Source: Schmidtea polychroa (Eukaryota). Taken from it: DNA of 64,000 nucleotides. This document shows, piece after piece, positions 22,810 to 37,182 of this stretch. The notes beneath the pieces are model-generated. The model had not been told where the DNA came from. It searched no databases and saw nothing but the letters and a program-made list of their open reading frames with translations. Position 1 is the first letter of the stretch, and each line of letters opens with the position of its first letter. The position numbers and the translations under genes were made by a program. The stretch lies in the NCBI GenBank assembly GCA_044892525.1, contig CM097887.1:52142001-52206000 (forward strand), given 5' to 3'.

Positions 22810-25800
22810 GCATGTTTTATTATTACAATAGGAAATATAAATGTACTGATTACAGATTAAAGAAATTTGTATTTAAGGATTATTATTTTTTACCGAATAT
22901 AACTCGTCAAAAATGACTTATGGAAATTACAAATTACCCCTAGATTTTTAAAAAGAAAATTTTAATTCAATTCCAAAGCTAAATAATTACACCAGTTTTT
23001 TATGTTTTTCAATTTGATAATAATCATCTCTGTTATTACCATGCGACTCTCTGAACTTGTTTCATATTTGTCGAAACAGCCTTTACTAACTAAAAAATTG
23101 AATTTCGAAAAGAAATATTGCTAAATTTGAAATCGGTTCCACTACGAATTTTGCACCTTTGAAATCTTTCATCAATTTTCTTTTGCCTTTGCACATTTAG
23201 ATTATTCTTCTCTATACAACTTCATTGGGAAATTGTGAAAAACGATTATTTCTCATTCTATCATTTCAATTCCACTTCTGATTCTGCTCTACTTCATTTT
23301 TGTCTGATGACCATTTAATTTCATGTTTATCTTTTTTTTCGTAGAGTTAGAACTGTTTCAAGACTCTTAAGATACATTATTTCAACTTGTATAGTTAATT
23401 GGACTTGTAAAATAAAAAACCACAAATTAAATGCATTTTTACACCTTACACCGCTCAGATACGTTTCCTGTAATATAAAAAAAAGTAAATAATCTTACAT
23501 TATAGAAACATGCATACTTACTTTGATTTCACACTGATGTTCTCATTGATAGTGCAATGAGATACGCCTTACACTATCGAAATTTAAAAAGTGATAGAAA
23601 AATTGAATATTGTACACAAACACAATTGCATACTAAAAAATAAATGCTAGCTTTCGATTTATAGAAATGCGTCGCTGAGATATGTTTCTATTATAACTTT
23701 ATTTAGACAATTTTGAGGGAAAAAAAGATGGCTAAAATTTTTAAAAATGTATTTTTGAAGAAACTGCTACGTTAGGATGTCATGAAAATTACGAAATATC
23801 ATCGTAAGAATTATTTTTGTGTTAAAATTAAGTTAAATATTCATTAGAATTTCTTATGTTTGTTTTAGAAATATTTTAGAAAAATACATTTTTGGCGATT
23901 GATTTAATTATAATTAAAAATATATCTGATTTACATTATATCAAAATAAATCTAAAATTATAATTGCAAAATAAATTTCATAAAATTTCTAAAAATAACT
24001 GAAAATTAATTAAAAATAATTTATAACACAAAAGTTGACTAAAAGTAATATTTAAGAACTTGAATAATGATCTCATATCTATATGGATCAAAATTCAAGT
24101 CTTAAAATTAAACATCTTACCTGAAAGCCATTTCTTAAATGGCTTAAATTAATTTCTACAAAAATGAAATTCATTGAATTGGTGAGTCAATATAATGAGA
24201 CCAATTGATGTACACACTAAGCACCACTATATAAAATGTATCTCAGTGGTGTTTGGTGTAACTTTATCTATACTGACCATTCTCTTTCTTGACATATCGG
24301 TACTAATATCATGGTTCTTTTAATATTCATTTCTACTCCCGTTGTCACTGTAATTGCATATACCAATCCACCTTCAATGGATTTCATTTAACTTTACTTT
24401 TCTAACTCGATAGTTATACTTTTAGCCTTCAGATTGATGTCACTCAATATTATTTTGGCATCCTTTACATCTAAAGACTCTTTATTATCAATTTTCATTA
24501 TGATTTTCAATTGTTCCTTCACCATTTCTAGTAATCTCCGGGTTGTTATTTCCGCTAATATTCCGCTAAAATAATTCTTGCTCTTATATTTTCAACAAAT
24601 TCATCGAAGTAAACCATTTCTTGTTTTTCTTTAGGTTCATTTATTGTTCTATTTTATTATCAATTTTTCAACGTCTTAAGGTTTGTTTTCTGGCTCAATT
24701 TTTTCAATGCGCTTTCCCTCTGACTATTGAAGTTTTCAGATCTCTCTCTTTCTCATTGTTGGTACACTCCATTGCTACTTATTTCATCACTGCTTTCCAT
24801 TTCTGAGATATATTTTGAAGCAACAGTTTGTTTTATATTTAAAAATCAAGTAGTTTAAATAGAAATCAGAAATTTGAAGAATAATTCTAAAACGAGTTTC
24901 TTTAAAATATTTAAATAATTATTTATCTGTATTTCTATTATTGAAGCTTATTCTGTTAAATTCTTGACCTGAAGAAAACTTTGTCCTACATTTATAATTG
25001 GAATAAGTTGATACTGTGAGAGCAACTGATATGTTATTGTTGACCTTAATAATTTAGAAACTGTAACTCAGGTAATTGCGAAATTGGCATTCACATTAAT
25101 GCGAATCATTGGTTTCAAATCTTAAAGGAAGCGCTATATTTGAAAATTGGATCTCATATGACGATTATTTGAAGAGAGGATATAGATGTTTAAAAACAAT
25201 AAAACCAACTAGATTCAAATCAGAATGAACGTTTTCTTCTCCAGCGTTATATTTTAAAAACAATAACAATGTTCTTTGGGTGACAAAATTCTAGACAAAC
25301 TCAATAGGCACGTCTAGAAACAAAAAAATACTTAATTTTATAATGAATTTAAAAGAAACTTGTGGTTTTAACTTAATGATATTTTTTTTCAATGAATAAA
25401 GTCAATACCGGGGTTTAGAAATTATGAAGGAGATTAGATGCTTTAATAGAATTTTATAATAAAGATGTTATCCAACATAGCCAGTTTTTCAAAGCACTGA
25501 CAAGTTGATGTATTATAAAATTTATTGATTTTTTTAATTATAGAAAATGCGNNNNNNNNNNNNNNNNNNNNNNNNNNNNNNNNNNNNNNNNNNNNNNNNN
25601 NNNNNNNNNNNNNNNNNNNNNNNNNNNNNNNNNNNNNNNNNNNNNNNNNNNNNNNNNNNNNNNNNNNNNNNNNNNNNNNNNNNNNNNNNNNNNNNNNNNN
25701 NNNNNNNNNAGGAATCAAAGGAAAAATTAATTTATCAGCAAATACATGTTTGCCAATATTCATACTACATACACATGTAGGCAATAATAAAAGTCGTTAA

Positions 25801-26399
25801 CAGCTATTGAAATCTATTTCTAAAATCACTATTATATTATACACGGTGTAGAATTTGATAAAAACAGTCTATAATATCAAAAATTAATCAATAAATTATA
25901 TTATAAGATACATGCAGACTCACCCGTGTGCTAAAAACTCCTTAATAGTTACACCTGCCAAATTATAGGATTCCAGAAAGGGTAGAAAACATTAATGAAA
26001 CATACAAACACTTTGGGTGTGATTTCTATAATAAATCAAACAAGCGATAAAATATACCACCTAAACGTTCATTTTGGGAAAGCAAAAAGAAATTTGTGAA
26101 TTATAATTGTTTATTACTAATTATTGTTAAACAATCATTTTCATCACATTATGAAATGCTTCACTAAGTCTTTGTTAAAAGAGAAATTTATGAGCAATTG
26201 GTTTAATAAATTTAACAATTTAAAACAGCTTAAGTTTGTTTGATATCTTTTATTAAAATATAATTAGAATCTAGAATTCAGGAAATTTGATATTAAAAAA
26301 TGTATAATAATTTTCAAGCAGTAATTACTTTTTTTTATCATCATATACAGATCATAAAATTTATATTTTACGTGCTGTGAAAATTATATTTATATTCAG

Positions 26400-26639
26400 A
26401 ATTCAATTATATCATCTGAAATCAACATTGGCAGTTTAATGTTTCCACTCTTCGGTTTTATTCTCTCTATGATCTGGTATTACCGACTCAACTACAAGAA
26501 TCACTTCAACATAATATCTACATTTGCCCTAATTGGTATCACTGGCATGTACTTCGTTACCTGTTTTGTGAATTATTCTTCCTCAGCTCATTCTGTCCGT
26601 CATCCGGTGAGGGAAACTGTTGAAACTTTGAGTCAGTAA
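26400..26639 (+). CDS. TMUB1: TMUB1/2 homologue, exon 3 (two C-terminal TM helices, stop)
   Basis: Acceptor tatattcag|AAT; INIGSLMFPLFGFILSMIWYYRLNYKNHFNIISTFALIGIT matches the TMUB C-terminus; TAA at 26637-26639. Confidence 0.92.
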   Translation, partial: NSIISSEINIGSLMFPLFGFILSMIWYYRLNYKNHFNIISTFALIGITGMYFVTCFVNYSSSAHSVRHPVRETVETLSQ

Positions 26640-28589
26640 ACAATAATAATATATTAAAGAGTGCTTGTTGATTTAATTTTTATTTTAAATCCATTGAAAA
26701 AAACGTATTTGTGATAAGTGAATTATTTTTCGTAATTTATTTGACTTTTCCTTTTTCTGCAATCTTTTTAACATGTGAATCATATCTTTATCTAGAGGTA
26801 TCGCATGGCTGGTAGAAATACATGAAAATTTCTATTATATTTTGTTCTACTGACAATTTATTCCATATCGATAGCAATTAGAAATTTTTAAATGATAATT
26901 TCAAAACCCAAAACCAAAAAAAAATCGTTGTAATTTTTTCAGTTGAAATAAAACAACATTTTAACCATAATTTTCATCCAATTTGAAAAATAAATAAAAA
27001 TTGATTAATATCATAGATTTTTCATTAAAAAATATCTATCCAAGTATTGAGATGCATCAAATAGGATTTTCTGGGTAGTGAGTTTGTTATTTTTAACTTT
27101 TTAATAAAAATAGAATTGGTATCGAAATGTGAATTTTATTATTTACAAAAACAAACAATATATATTAAAATCTAAAATGGCTATTGAATGTTTACACAAA
27201 AACAATGAAATATTTTCAATTCATAGACTTGAAAGTCTTGTTTAAATATTACATTAAATAATTGAATTCCTTTAAAAATTTAAATTGTTCGTTTAAAGTT
27301 TATTTAAAGATTTTACTAAAATGACTCTTTACCAACAAAAAAATGTCATGTCTTATTCGAGTAACATTATTATTGATAATATTTTATCAGACAGTGTTAT
27401 TGAAAAAATTCCATTATTATGGCGTACAGCTAAGCAATATCCTCAAGATAAATATAAATTAATTTTTAAAGCTGTTCGACGAAGTGTAGTCAATCAACCC
27501 GATGTTGGTTTATGTCGAAGGGTTTGTGAAAATTCTCCTGGAGCTGCAATTTTTTCTATGACTTATTTATTGTTCAAACAAATTATAAAGTTGCCAGAAA
27601 ACAAAGTAAATGAATCGGTAATAAATAATTTTTTTTATCTCTATTAAATTTGTAAAATAAAGACAGTCCGTTTAAGCCTAGAAGAGTGCAAGTTAGTTGT
27701 AAAAATTTTTTCATGAATAATTGGATTTAATCAATTTAGACTTCCTCCTTCATATATTGATTTATTTGTGCATAATGTGTTGGATACTAAGTATCAATTA
27801 ATATTTTTCTGATTAAATAGTTGATCATTTCATAGCATATACGTAAAATTGCAATCAATTGCAACGTCCTCTGTGGTTCGTCATACTTATCTTGTTAGTT
27901 TATCATGGAATATTAACATCGCTTTATGTTCCAAGTAAATTTTGCATTTAATATTATTTTTTTCAATATTAATTAATAATGTTTAAAAGTTCGGTATTAA
28001 TTAAAGAATTATTGCTATCGATTTATGTAGGGTTATTGTTTATAGAAAAATGAAGTAATCGCATCTATTAAATTATGTTTTTATTTGTAATAAATGTCCT
28101 TTAGATAGTTTATATATTAATTTTCATTTAAGTGCTCACACAAATGCAGGAATTTCATAATTTTGANNNNNNNNNNNNNNNNNNNNNNNNNNNNNNNNNN
28201 NNNNNNNNNNNNNNNNNNNNNNNNNNNNNNNNNNNNNNNNNNNNNNNNNNNNNNNNNNNNNNNNNNNNNNNNNNNNNNNNNNNNNNNNNNNNNNNNNNNN
28301 NNNNNNNNNNAATGACTCTATGAAGTAAGATATTGTAAAATTTCTCATTTATTTAATCTTTTGGCGATGATTTGAAAAAGATATACTATTTAGTTCATAC
28401 GAAATATGAACATGGAAAGCCCACTGCAATACCCCCTCATCGAGTACCGATTATATTAAATTGACGAAGGGAAATGTTTTACCAAGATAATGATTATAAA
28501 AGATGTTTCTACGTGTTATGGTCACATATTTTGGTACGCATAGCTAACAGTTTCGATCTACATGCCGCATTAAGGCTGTCAATTTATTA

Positions 28590-29257
28590 AAATAGAATAT
28601 TAGCAAATTTCAAAATGATCGTTTATTTTATTATTAAAGTACGAAAAATTAATTATTTTCAATATCGATATAATTATTTATTAAATTAAATTTATCGAAA
28701 AAATAGTTTATTCATAAAATATATTATTATATTGTCAAGCTTACTAACAAAAATAATGATTTTGTTATAAAAAATACCATGAACAATTAATTGATATTCC
28801 ATCAAGCTTTAATCAATATTTATATTAATTATTTAATAATAATTAAAATATAAATAAGAATCTTTTGGTTTAAATGTTTTCCGAATTGTATCATTTATTG
28901 CCACTAGAGATAGAATAAATAAATAGAATATTAAAAAATAGAATATTAGCAAATTTCAAAATGATCGTTTATTTTATTATTAAAGTACGAAAAATTAATT
29001 ATTTTCAATATCGATATAATTATTTATTAAATTAAATTTATCGAAAAAATAGTTTATTCATAAAATATATTATTATATTGTCAAGCTTACTAACAAAAAT
29101 AATGATTTTGTTATAAAAAATACCATGAACAATTAATTGATATTCCATCAAGCTTTAATCAATATTTATATTAATTATTTAATAATAATTAAAATATAAA
29201 TAAGAATCTTTTGGTTTAAATGTTTTCCGAATTGTATCATTTATTGCCACTAGAGAT
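28590..29257. repeat. Tandem duplication, period 346 bp
   Basis: About 320 bp (agaatattagcaaatttc...ccactagagat) is repeated apparently identically at 28594-28911 and 28940-29257. Confidence 0.9.
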
Positions 29258-29948
29258 TCTGAAGACGTTGTAAAATTCGAATCACCGGTATCAGTGACTG
29301 AAAAGTGAAGAATTTGAGAAACTGAAATTCATATGCGAACTGAAAATAATTCGATTGTCTTTTAATTCTTTCAAGCGATTGTCATTTGTGTTTAATCCAT
29401 TATATAGATCTTCTACAGAACGCAAATAATGGCAAATATTTTTACATTTCATTTGAAAATTTTGTGATATTTTTAAGATAGAGAATCAGATAGAGAATTA
29501 ATTAAATTTTTATAGTCCTCATTATTTTGATTGACAATATCGAAAGCGTATTCTATGAAGCCGGATACCATTAAAAATATGCTGAATAAACTAAGTATTA
29601 AAAAATATTTTAAACTCTAATAATTTTTATTTCAGTAAATTTTTTAAACAATACAAATTTAATTTTTCACTGTTTTCAATATTTAAATAATCTTTTAACC
29701 ATTTTTCAAAACTTTTAAAAATTCTTTTACATAATATATAGATTTTTTAATTAATTTTTCAACATAATATACAGTTATGAATTTTCGAGCTTCCACTGCT
29801 ATCACCATAATAAATGGATACCAGACGGTGCAAACCGCCAAAACATAATCCTATTGAAATAAAACACTAATAAATATCATAATCACGCTAATAAATGGTT
29901 TCCATATAGTTTTTATCAGTTAGTGTTAATTGAGTAATTTTTAATTAA

Positions 29949-31217
29949 CCCTTACAGGACCATAAGATGTCCAAGACTAAATATGCCAATACAACACAAT
30001 ATTTTAGCTATTGTGGGTGTAAAGTAAGAGAATATCACCAGAAAACACAGCAGGGTGTATAGGTTTCCTATAATTTCATGGGAAAGAGTAAATAAACAAA
30101 GAGTTAGGTTTATTATATCGGTATTTTATTTATTGCTTTGTAATACAAAAAAACAAAAATTATCAGAAAAGTAAAATAAATTGTTAGTTATGGTATTCTA
30201 CGAAACAATTTCGTTTACTTGTGAAGCACAAGTGGACATTGCACATAACACATATATTATGTGTCCTATTTTCTATACGTCGTTTTCCACAATTTACGCA
30301 TCGCTTCAATTTTGTTGTGCGTATTTGACACTTTCTTTTATTATGATATTAGATACGAACTGATCCATTTGTGTCACCTCCATGAAAATGTCTATTGGCA
30401 ACAACATGCCATGCTGGTTAGATAATGTATTTATGCGAACAAAATCATACTCACTTTCATTGAATGTGTACATATGCATATGAGTTATTTCTCCAGTCGA
30501 AAATAGGAATAGTCTCTGAAGTATCTGAACAGGTGGGTAATGAGGTTTGATTTGTCGGTTCTTGAACAGAATCTTCAATTTCAACAACATCAGTTCCATT
30601 TTCTACATCTTGAGCTATGAACTGCTGGTCTTCTTCGTCTAACTGTAACTCATCTTCTCCGTCACTATTATCTGCCATAAGTAACTGCAATATTTCTTCA
30701 TCTTGAATATGAAATTCTCTGCACCCTCTTTTAGCCATTTCTGTAAAAAAAACATGAAGGTAAATTATATAAAAATCCACGAAAACCATACATTATCATA
30801 AAGCACTACATATAATAATACTAAAACAAATACACCAGATATGGACCAGAGGGAAAAATATTTCCCTTTAGATGATTTGCAATTTTTAGGTACTTGTGCT
30901 AATATTCTGCAGTTTACTCTATTATTATATAAAATTATGCTTACTAAACAATATAAAAAACGTGACAAAATACAGTTATTTTATTTTCTCAAGTCCAATA
31001 CACTTTCAAGATATTATTAGTTTAGCCCGCGAATGTTTTGGTTTTGGCGCAATAAAGTTTGACAGTTCTTTTTTTTATTCGTTCAGAAATACATTTGCCG
31101 CCTTGGACATACGTTTTATTTTGACATTCAGTAAAAAATATATCAATTCAATATTAATTGAAAAATCGATAACGATTTTTGTAGAAGGGGAAAATATTTC
31201 CCTTGAGCTCGAAAGGG
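29949..31217 (-). mobile_element. Internally deleted piggyBac transposon
   Basis: TTAA|CCCTT...AAGGG|TTAA. Acidic N-terminus MAKRG...DEEILQLLMADNSDGED and PIDIF...KESVKYAQQN are joined to the C-terminal Cys-rich domain KRCVNC...CVMCNVHLCF...NCFVEYH; the DDD core is absent. Confidence 0.85.
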
Positions 31218-31351
31218 TTAACTAAAGAATATTTACAAACGCAAAATATTGATAAAGTCCTTTCAGTTTTTTTCTCCATATATGGCGTTAATGTGTTTTT
31301 TGTATGTATAAGTACAATAAATGTCAAACTGTATGTTTTCATATTATAGAT

Positions 31352-31608
31352 CAGTGCTATTCAATTAGCGGCTCGTGAACATATGCCAAAATTTTAAGGA
31401 TTTTTTGAAATCTATGTTTTTGAATTATTTGAATTTTGTATCTATAATATATTTTTTTTCTTTCCCCCATTTTTCACATTGATTAAATTCTATTGTAAAT
31501 TTTTAATCCACTTTTAAAAGCTTCCAAAATTTATTGGATGTGCTCATCAGCCCACCTCCCTAAACAGCTGGCCCGTCATCATCACTAAAAACTAATTAGA
31601 AAGCCCTG
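31352..31608. mobile_element. hAT MITE in the mariner 5' region
   Basis: Ends cagtgctattcaatt / aattagaaagccctg (11/15); flanks ttatagat / gtatagac (6/8). Confidence 0.6.
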
Positions 31609-32228
31609 GTATAGACTGTTGTTTATTATGTGTAAAAATTTCAAGTTGATTGATTGCATTATTTTTGAACAAATTGATTTTAAAGATGGAAATTCAAAAT
31701 AAACATTTTCGACATATTTTACTGTATTATTTTAAGAAGGAAAAGAGCTGCGGAAGCATGTAGAAAAATATATGCAGTTTATGGCAAAGAAGCAATAACA
31801 CAACGCACTTGTCAGAATAGGTTTAGGAAGTTTTCATTCCAGAAATTTATAGCTTCACGATGTAGTGCAATTTGATGAGAACCAATTGAATGCCTTGATA
31901 TTAGATTGAATCTTACAGACACATTACAATTCGTGAGATTGCAGAGAAGTTGAATTTATCAGAAACAGTGGTTGGTGATTATTTGAGAATGCTGGGATAC
32001 TCAAAAAATATTTTGATGAACTTAAAGAAATTAATTCATTGAAACGTATCAATATCTGTCAAATGCTCTTAAAATGTAATAAAAACGATCACTCCAAGTC
32101 TGATAAGCCAACTCAAACAACATCAAAAGTAGATATCCACAAAGAATGTTATATTGTCAATATGGTGGGATTAAAAGGGAATTGTATATTTGAGCTCTTA
32201 CCGCCTAACATAACGATTGACTCTAGTG

Positions 32229-32476
32229 CAGCGATAGCGAACCTATGACCCACGCAGCGAATTCAAGTGACACACAAGTAGTTTTATTTTTTTTAATTAT
32301 AAAATAATAATCATACGAATGTGTTCGAATATGGTCTAAAACATTACTCGCCTCATCATATCTAATTAATGAACGATAAATAAAATCATATTATATTTAC
32401 ATTAATTTTTGTTAGGTCGATATTTTCAAAAAATAAATTCAACTGTGACCCCTTGTCAAAAGGGTCGTCATCGCTG
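32229..32476. mobile_element. hAT (Charlie-type) MITE inside the mariner transposase
   Basis: TIRs cagcgatagcgaacct / agggtcgtcatcgctg; perfect 8-bp TSD ctctagtg. Confidence 0.9.
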
Positions 32477-34411
32477 CTCTAGTGGGCAACTGTGGGCAAC
32501 TATCCAAATTTGATGATCCCTTGCAGCAGAAGCGTCCTGAATTGATAAATTGTAAAGGTGTGTTACATCAACTGTCTCACCCACCTTACAGCCTTGATAT
32601 AGCACCCTCAGATTTCTATCTGTTTCGTTCTTTACGCAACTCTTTAGCAGGAAAACTTTTAATTCAGACGGCAGTGTAAAAATGTACCTGGAAAATATTT
32701 TTGCTGTAAAGAAAAAAAATTTTTTGAAGCTGGAATTATGGTAGCTTACTATTGAACAAAATGGTCAATATATACTAGATTATATAAAAAAAATTTTTTT
32801 TTTGGTCAAAATAAGTGGCTTTATATTTTATTGTAAAAAACAGACACAACTTTTCGGACAACCCAATATATTCTAAGAAATAACGATTCAGGAAAATGGA
32901 AAAAAATGAATTATGCAAAATTAAAGTCGATTTTCGGATAACAGTAAACGTTCAAAATCGATTCAAAAAATCAATAATTTATATTTAATTAAAATAAATT
33001 TTGTAAAGTCAATGAAATGATTTGATTTTTTGTGATTAATAGATTAATAGGTAGGATTATTTTAAGAGCATTTGTGTGGTGTTTAAATCATTTGTGATTA
33101 TGTCGCGTATTTTGTAAACAAATTTAAATTTTTGAATCACTATCGATTTTTTAATTTTTGATTTTCACAGTGGTCCATTCGATAGTTTCCAACTACTTTT
33201 CTTTGTTTGACAGAAAATCAAATTCTTTACAGGGTGATGTATGGTTTTTACAAGTTATTGATTTACACAGTTTTCAATTTTAACATAAACCTATTAATAT
33301 TTCTAAAAAATGTTTTTCGCTCATTCGACTGAGCACAAAAGTCTCTACAGAAAGATGTAAATTATACATTTGCGTCAGAATTGTTTCTTAAAATTTATAG
33401 TTATCTCATGTAATGTAATACAATGGATGTCGAATAACCGGAAGTTAAAAATAATCAATAAAATTTAGTTTAAGAACGACACTAATTACCAAATAGGGTC
33501 AAATGGAATCCATTCCAATTTGAATCATTCCACCCATACAATTCCTTCGAGTTTGGCAATTGAGCACATTAAACATAGCGCTGTTTTTAACATTTCTAGT
33601 TGTCCACAGTAAATCAAACCTTCTATTTCTAGTTCAATTGGTAAGATAATGGAGCCGGTAATTGCACTGACATTGAGGCTATCATCGGGGAAACTGTTAA
33701 TATTCGAGGTTAATTGCACTAATTGTCAGAAGGGGTGAATTATCGATCGATATAATTTAGGTTAACGCCAAGCAGTTCCACAATTTGCGGTTCCAGGTGT
33801 CAAACATTCTCAAGTCCATCATCAATTTGCAGAATCGGCAAGTGCTCAAGATTGGAACGTGATTATCGATATATTCTTCAATCGCTCTTGATTTTTATTA
33901 ACTGTTCACCAATTGATCGATTTGAATACAATTTTTATGCCTTTCTGTTTTTATGAATAATCTTGTTGTCATGGTGATATATGGAAATATTCATTGTCCT
34001 TCTAACTTATTACACAGGGTCCATAGCTATCAATTCAATTATCAATTACCCTCACATCAAGAGGCACAATCGGGCATATCATTAAATTTATATACAAAAT
34101 TTGTACAATACAGCCCCATACGCCACCATTAGTTAGCACGCACTGGTTAGCAACAGAGCCCCCTCATTTTTTCAAGGTCAAGTCGCGATTATTGATTTTT
34201 AAGTGCAAATTTTCAAAATAGATTTAAATGTGTAAATATTGATTTAAAAGTGAATTTTTACTTTTGTTTTATCTCACTGGAGCGCGGGACTTTCAGATTT
34301 TCAAAATATTATTTCGACTAAAATATAGAGGTAACAGTCTCCATTCCATAATATTGACTTAATAATTTCTATATCTTACTGTTCTTCTTTTTCTTCTATA
34401 AAATACAATAA

Positions 34412-34415
<4 letters not shown>

Positions 34416-34489
<74 letters not shown>
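34416..34489. repeat. (TA)n microsatellite, about 37 units
   Basis: Uninterrupted alternating AT run. Confidence 0.97.
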
Positions 34490-34491
<2 letters not shown>

Positions 34492-34875
34492 TCCATGAGA
34501 TTTTCTTTACAAAATCTGACCGTCACTGAAAAAGCTAAAGTATTTTAAGGTCCCAGGATTTTTTGTACATAGAATCTGACTATCGTTAAAAAGTCAAGGT
34601 ATTTTAAGATCTCTAGAGATTTATGGACATGAATTTATGGTAAGTTATTTAGAAGAATCGATGGGCACGTAAATTGCGGTAGTAATTTTAAATTAAATTA
34701 GGCAAATTAATATTTAGACATTAAGGCAGTGATTCTTAACCTTTTGGGGGTGATGGACCACATTTCATTTTATAAAATTTTCCCAGAGCATCAGAGCTAA
34801 TATATCAATTCCAGTAATTATACTGATTTAAATATGTCTAATTTTGTATTTATTTAAATTAAATAACAATTACAC

Positions 34876-35670
34876 CAGTGGCGTAGCTACTATATAGCAA
34901 GAGTAAGCAATTCATAGGGGCCCACAAGACAGGGGGCCTTTTTTCCAAGTTTCCTTAATTTTCTTCAGAAAACAATGTCAAACCAGTCAACAGGGACCTT
35001 CAAATGATCGATTTGTGGTTTTATGTAATAAAACTCCACTGTTTTGTTTACTTATTGCATTAAGTACATTATTTACCTGCATTTTACCTATTTATGCAAT
35101 CCCCTTTGCCTCTCCCTCACTAATAATATACTGTATAAGCAAGCAACTTTAGTTTTCTAAGTAAATCGCCCATTCATATAGGGGTCGAAAAATTTGTTTC
35201 GCTTGTCGGCTATACACATTTGTCCCTGATACATTACTATCATTTTATAACGATTTATACTGTTATATTGTATATTGAGCTCTAATTATTTAATTAAATC
35301 GACTTTCCATGAGGACCCAAAAAAATGTTTTTTCTGCGGCGCAAAACTCCTCTGTAACTATAAGACCTTCTTTCAATTAACACTCTCCCCTCCTCCTTAA
35401 AAAAAAAATTTTGGGTAGGCCTACGCCACTGGTCTCATACCGTACAAAATAAACAAGGTGTTCCATCAAAATTTCGAGAGTTACGAAGTGTTCCGTCGCA
35501 GGAATAGTTTGGGAAACCCTGGTCTCATTCAATTGTGCTTCCAAAGGGGGCCAAAAATTTGTTTCCCTGCGGCGCTATGGTGCTCCGCACCTATTTCACT
35601 TGTGTTACAGTATAGGGGGGCCATCTATGACTCATTTCATTGAGGCCCAAAATTTCTAGCTACGTCACTG
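34876..35670. mobile_element. Composite hAT MITE (795 bp)
   Basis: TIRs cagtggcgtagct / agctacgtcactg; perfect 8-bp TSD aattacac; same family as 15383-15923. Confidence 0.9.
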
Positions 35671-36354
35671 AATTACACATAAAATAATGCAAATTAAATA
35701 AATAAATTTAATTATTAAATACAACGATATTTATTCTTAAAATTTTAATGTGATATTTGAGTTTGACGAGTCTTGCATATCGCTTGGATATCGCTACTCT
35801 CATTTCCTCTTCTATATCTATAAGTATTTCTCGTATTTTATTTTTAATATTGTTTAATGTTGAGAATCCCAATTCACAGAGTTATGAGGTGGGAAATTGC
35901 TATAAAATTTTTAGAGCTTTTTTAGTTAGGGTTAAAATCCAAAAATTTTCAATTGATATTTCTGTCAGAGTGATCTGTCGATAATGAAATAATGTCTTCT
36001 TCATGAAAAGATAATTCTGTATTTGAAGATTCAAATGTGTCAACGGGTTTTGTATCCAGTTATAGGATTCTAATTTAAAGGATGGCAAGTAAAACGCGAT
36101 TTTTTTATCTAATGTTCTATGATCTTTTACTGCTATTCTATTTTTCCAGTACAAAATCTTTTTGTTAAATGCTAGCATTTTGTCTGTGGATGTTAAAACA
36201 TTTTCATTTTTTCCTTGAATACTTGTATTCACTGAATTTAGCTATTTGAAAACAACCAAACATCAATTTCAAGAAATTTATAAAATCTATTTATGACTTT
36301 ACCTTGAAAATAATACAGCAATTCATCTTTGAGATCCAATAAACGGCATAAAAC

Positions 36355-37182
36355 TGTTGAGGTTCAACAAGAGAGGTACAAAATTGAGGTGAAAAATCAA
36401 TAAAAACACCAAATTCACAATAATAATTAAAAGTACAAAATATTAATTAAAAAATCAACAAAATTAAAAATGAATATTTTCCGGGGGAAACTGGTATGGA
36501 CGGATGCCGAATAATGAGACGAGTTCAACTATAATAAAATAAAATCAATGGGGTCCCTAGGAGGAATTAATTAAAAAACACTAAAATTAATTAAAAATTA
36601 ACTAATGGAGAACCCGAGCTAATGGGAAACCCGAGACAATGGAAAACCTGAGTGATGTGAGAGAACATCAATTGTCCGAGACAATTAAATTAGCCGACTC
36701 AAAATTAAATTGGTGAAAGCCGTCAAAGTAGATGGGCAAATTCCTCAAAGCGACAAGAGGAAGCCCAGGGGAAATTGGATCCGAACTAATTTAACACAGT
36801 GAAATCAAATTACGAGATGGGTATAAAAGCAACCGGCAAGAAAACAGAATTGTCAGATGGTCGAAGAAAAGTAAACGAGAAATTTAGCGAGAGTAACAAA
36901 GAAAACTTTGAACTTAGTGTCAACGGAATATTTTAAATCGAGCGTACCAGAAAGGGACATCTCCTGTTGGAAGATTTATCATTACTTAAGATTTACATTA
37001 GTATTGAAAAGTGAAGAGCACAAAAGGGTTGTATCAAGTGTGATTGAATCAATATAAAGTGTAACCAAAGTGTAATTGTATTAGTATCAAATAAAGATGT
37101 TTGTGTTGGGTCGTTTAACTTAATTTCAAAAAGAACACAAAGGAGTCAGACAGTGATACCGATTTGCACAAAATATCCAACA
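36355..37182 (+). mobile_element. Solo LTR (828 bp), Gypsy-like, inserted in the Buster transposase
   Basis: TGTTG...CAACA; 4-bp TSD AAAC; AATAAA near 37090. Removal rejoins the transposase as RSKVL/CRLLDLKDELL. Confidence 0.9.

Larger units (their letters stand above)
31245..32866 (+). mobile_element. Mariner transposon (mellifera-like), degenerate, with two hAT MITE insertions
   Basis: From 31686, MEIQNKHFRHILLYYFKK; later KRPELIN and HPPYSLDIAPSDFYLF. Right TIR cagacacaacttttcggacaacccaa + TA. The left TIR is decayed, so the start is approximate. Confidence 0.85.

Noticed and set aside
23040-24800. LINE endonuclease motifs on the minus strand of TMUB intron 2 (IILSDIN, GGLV, VLSVY)
   Set aside because: The motifs occur in the reverse of the APE order and frames are full of stops; probably decayed TE but unassignable.
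33480-34020. Coding-like minus-strand segment
   Set aside because: Stops in all frames and no recognisable motif.
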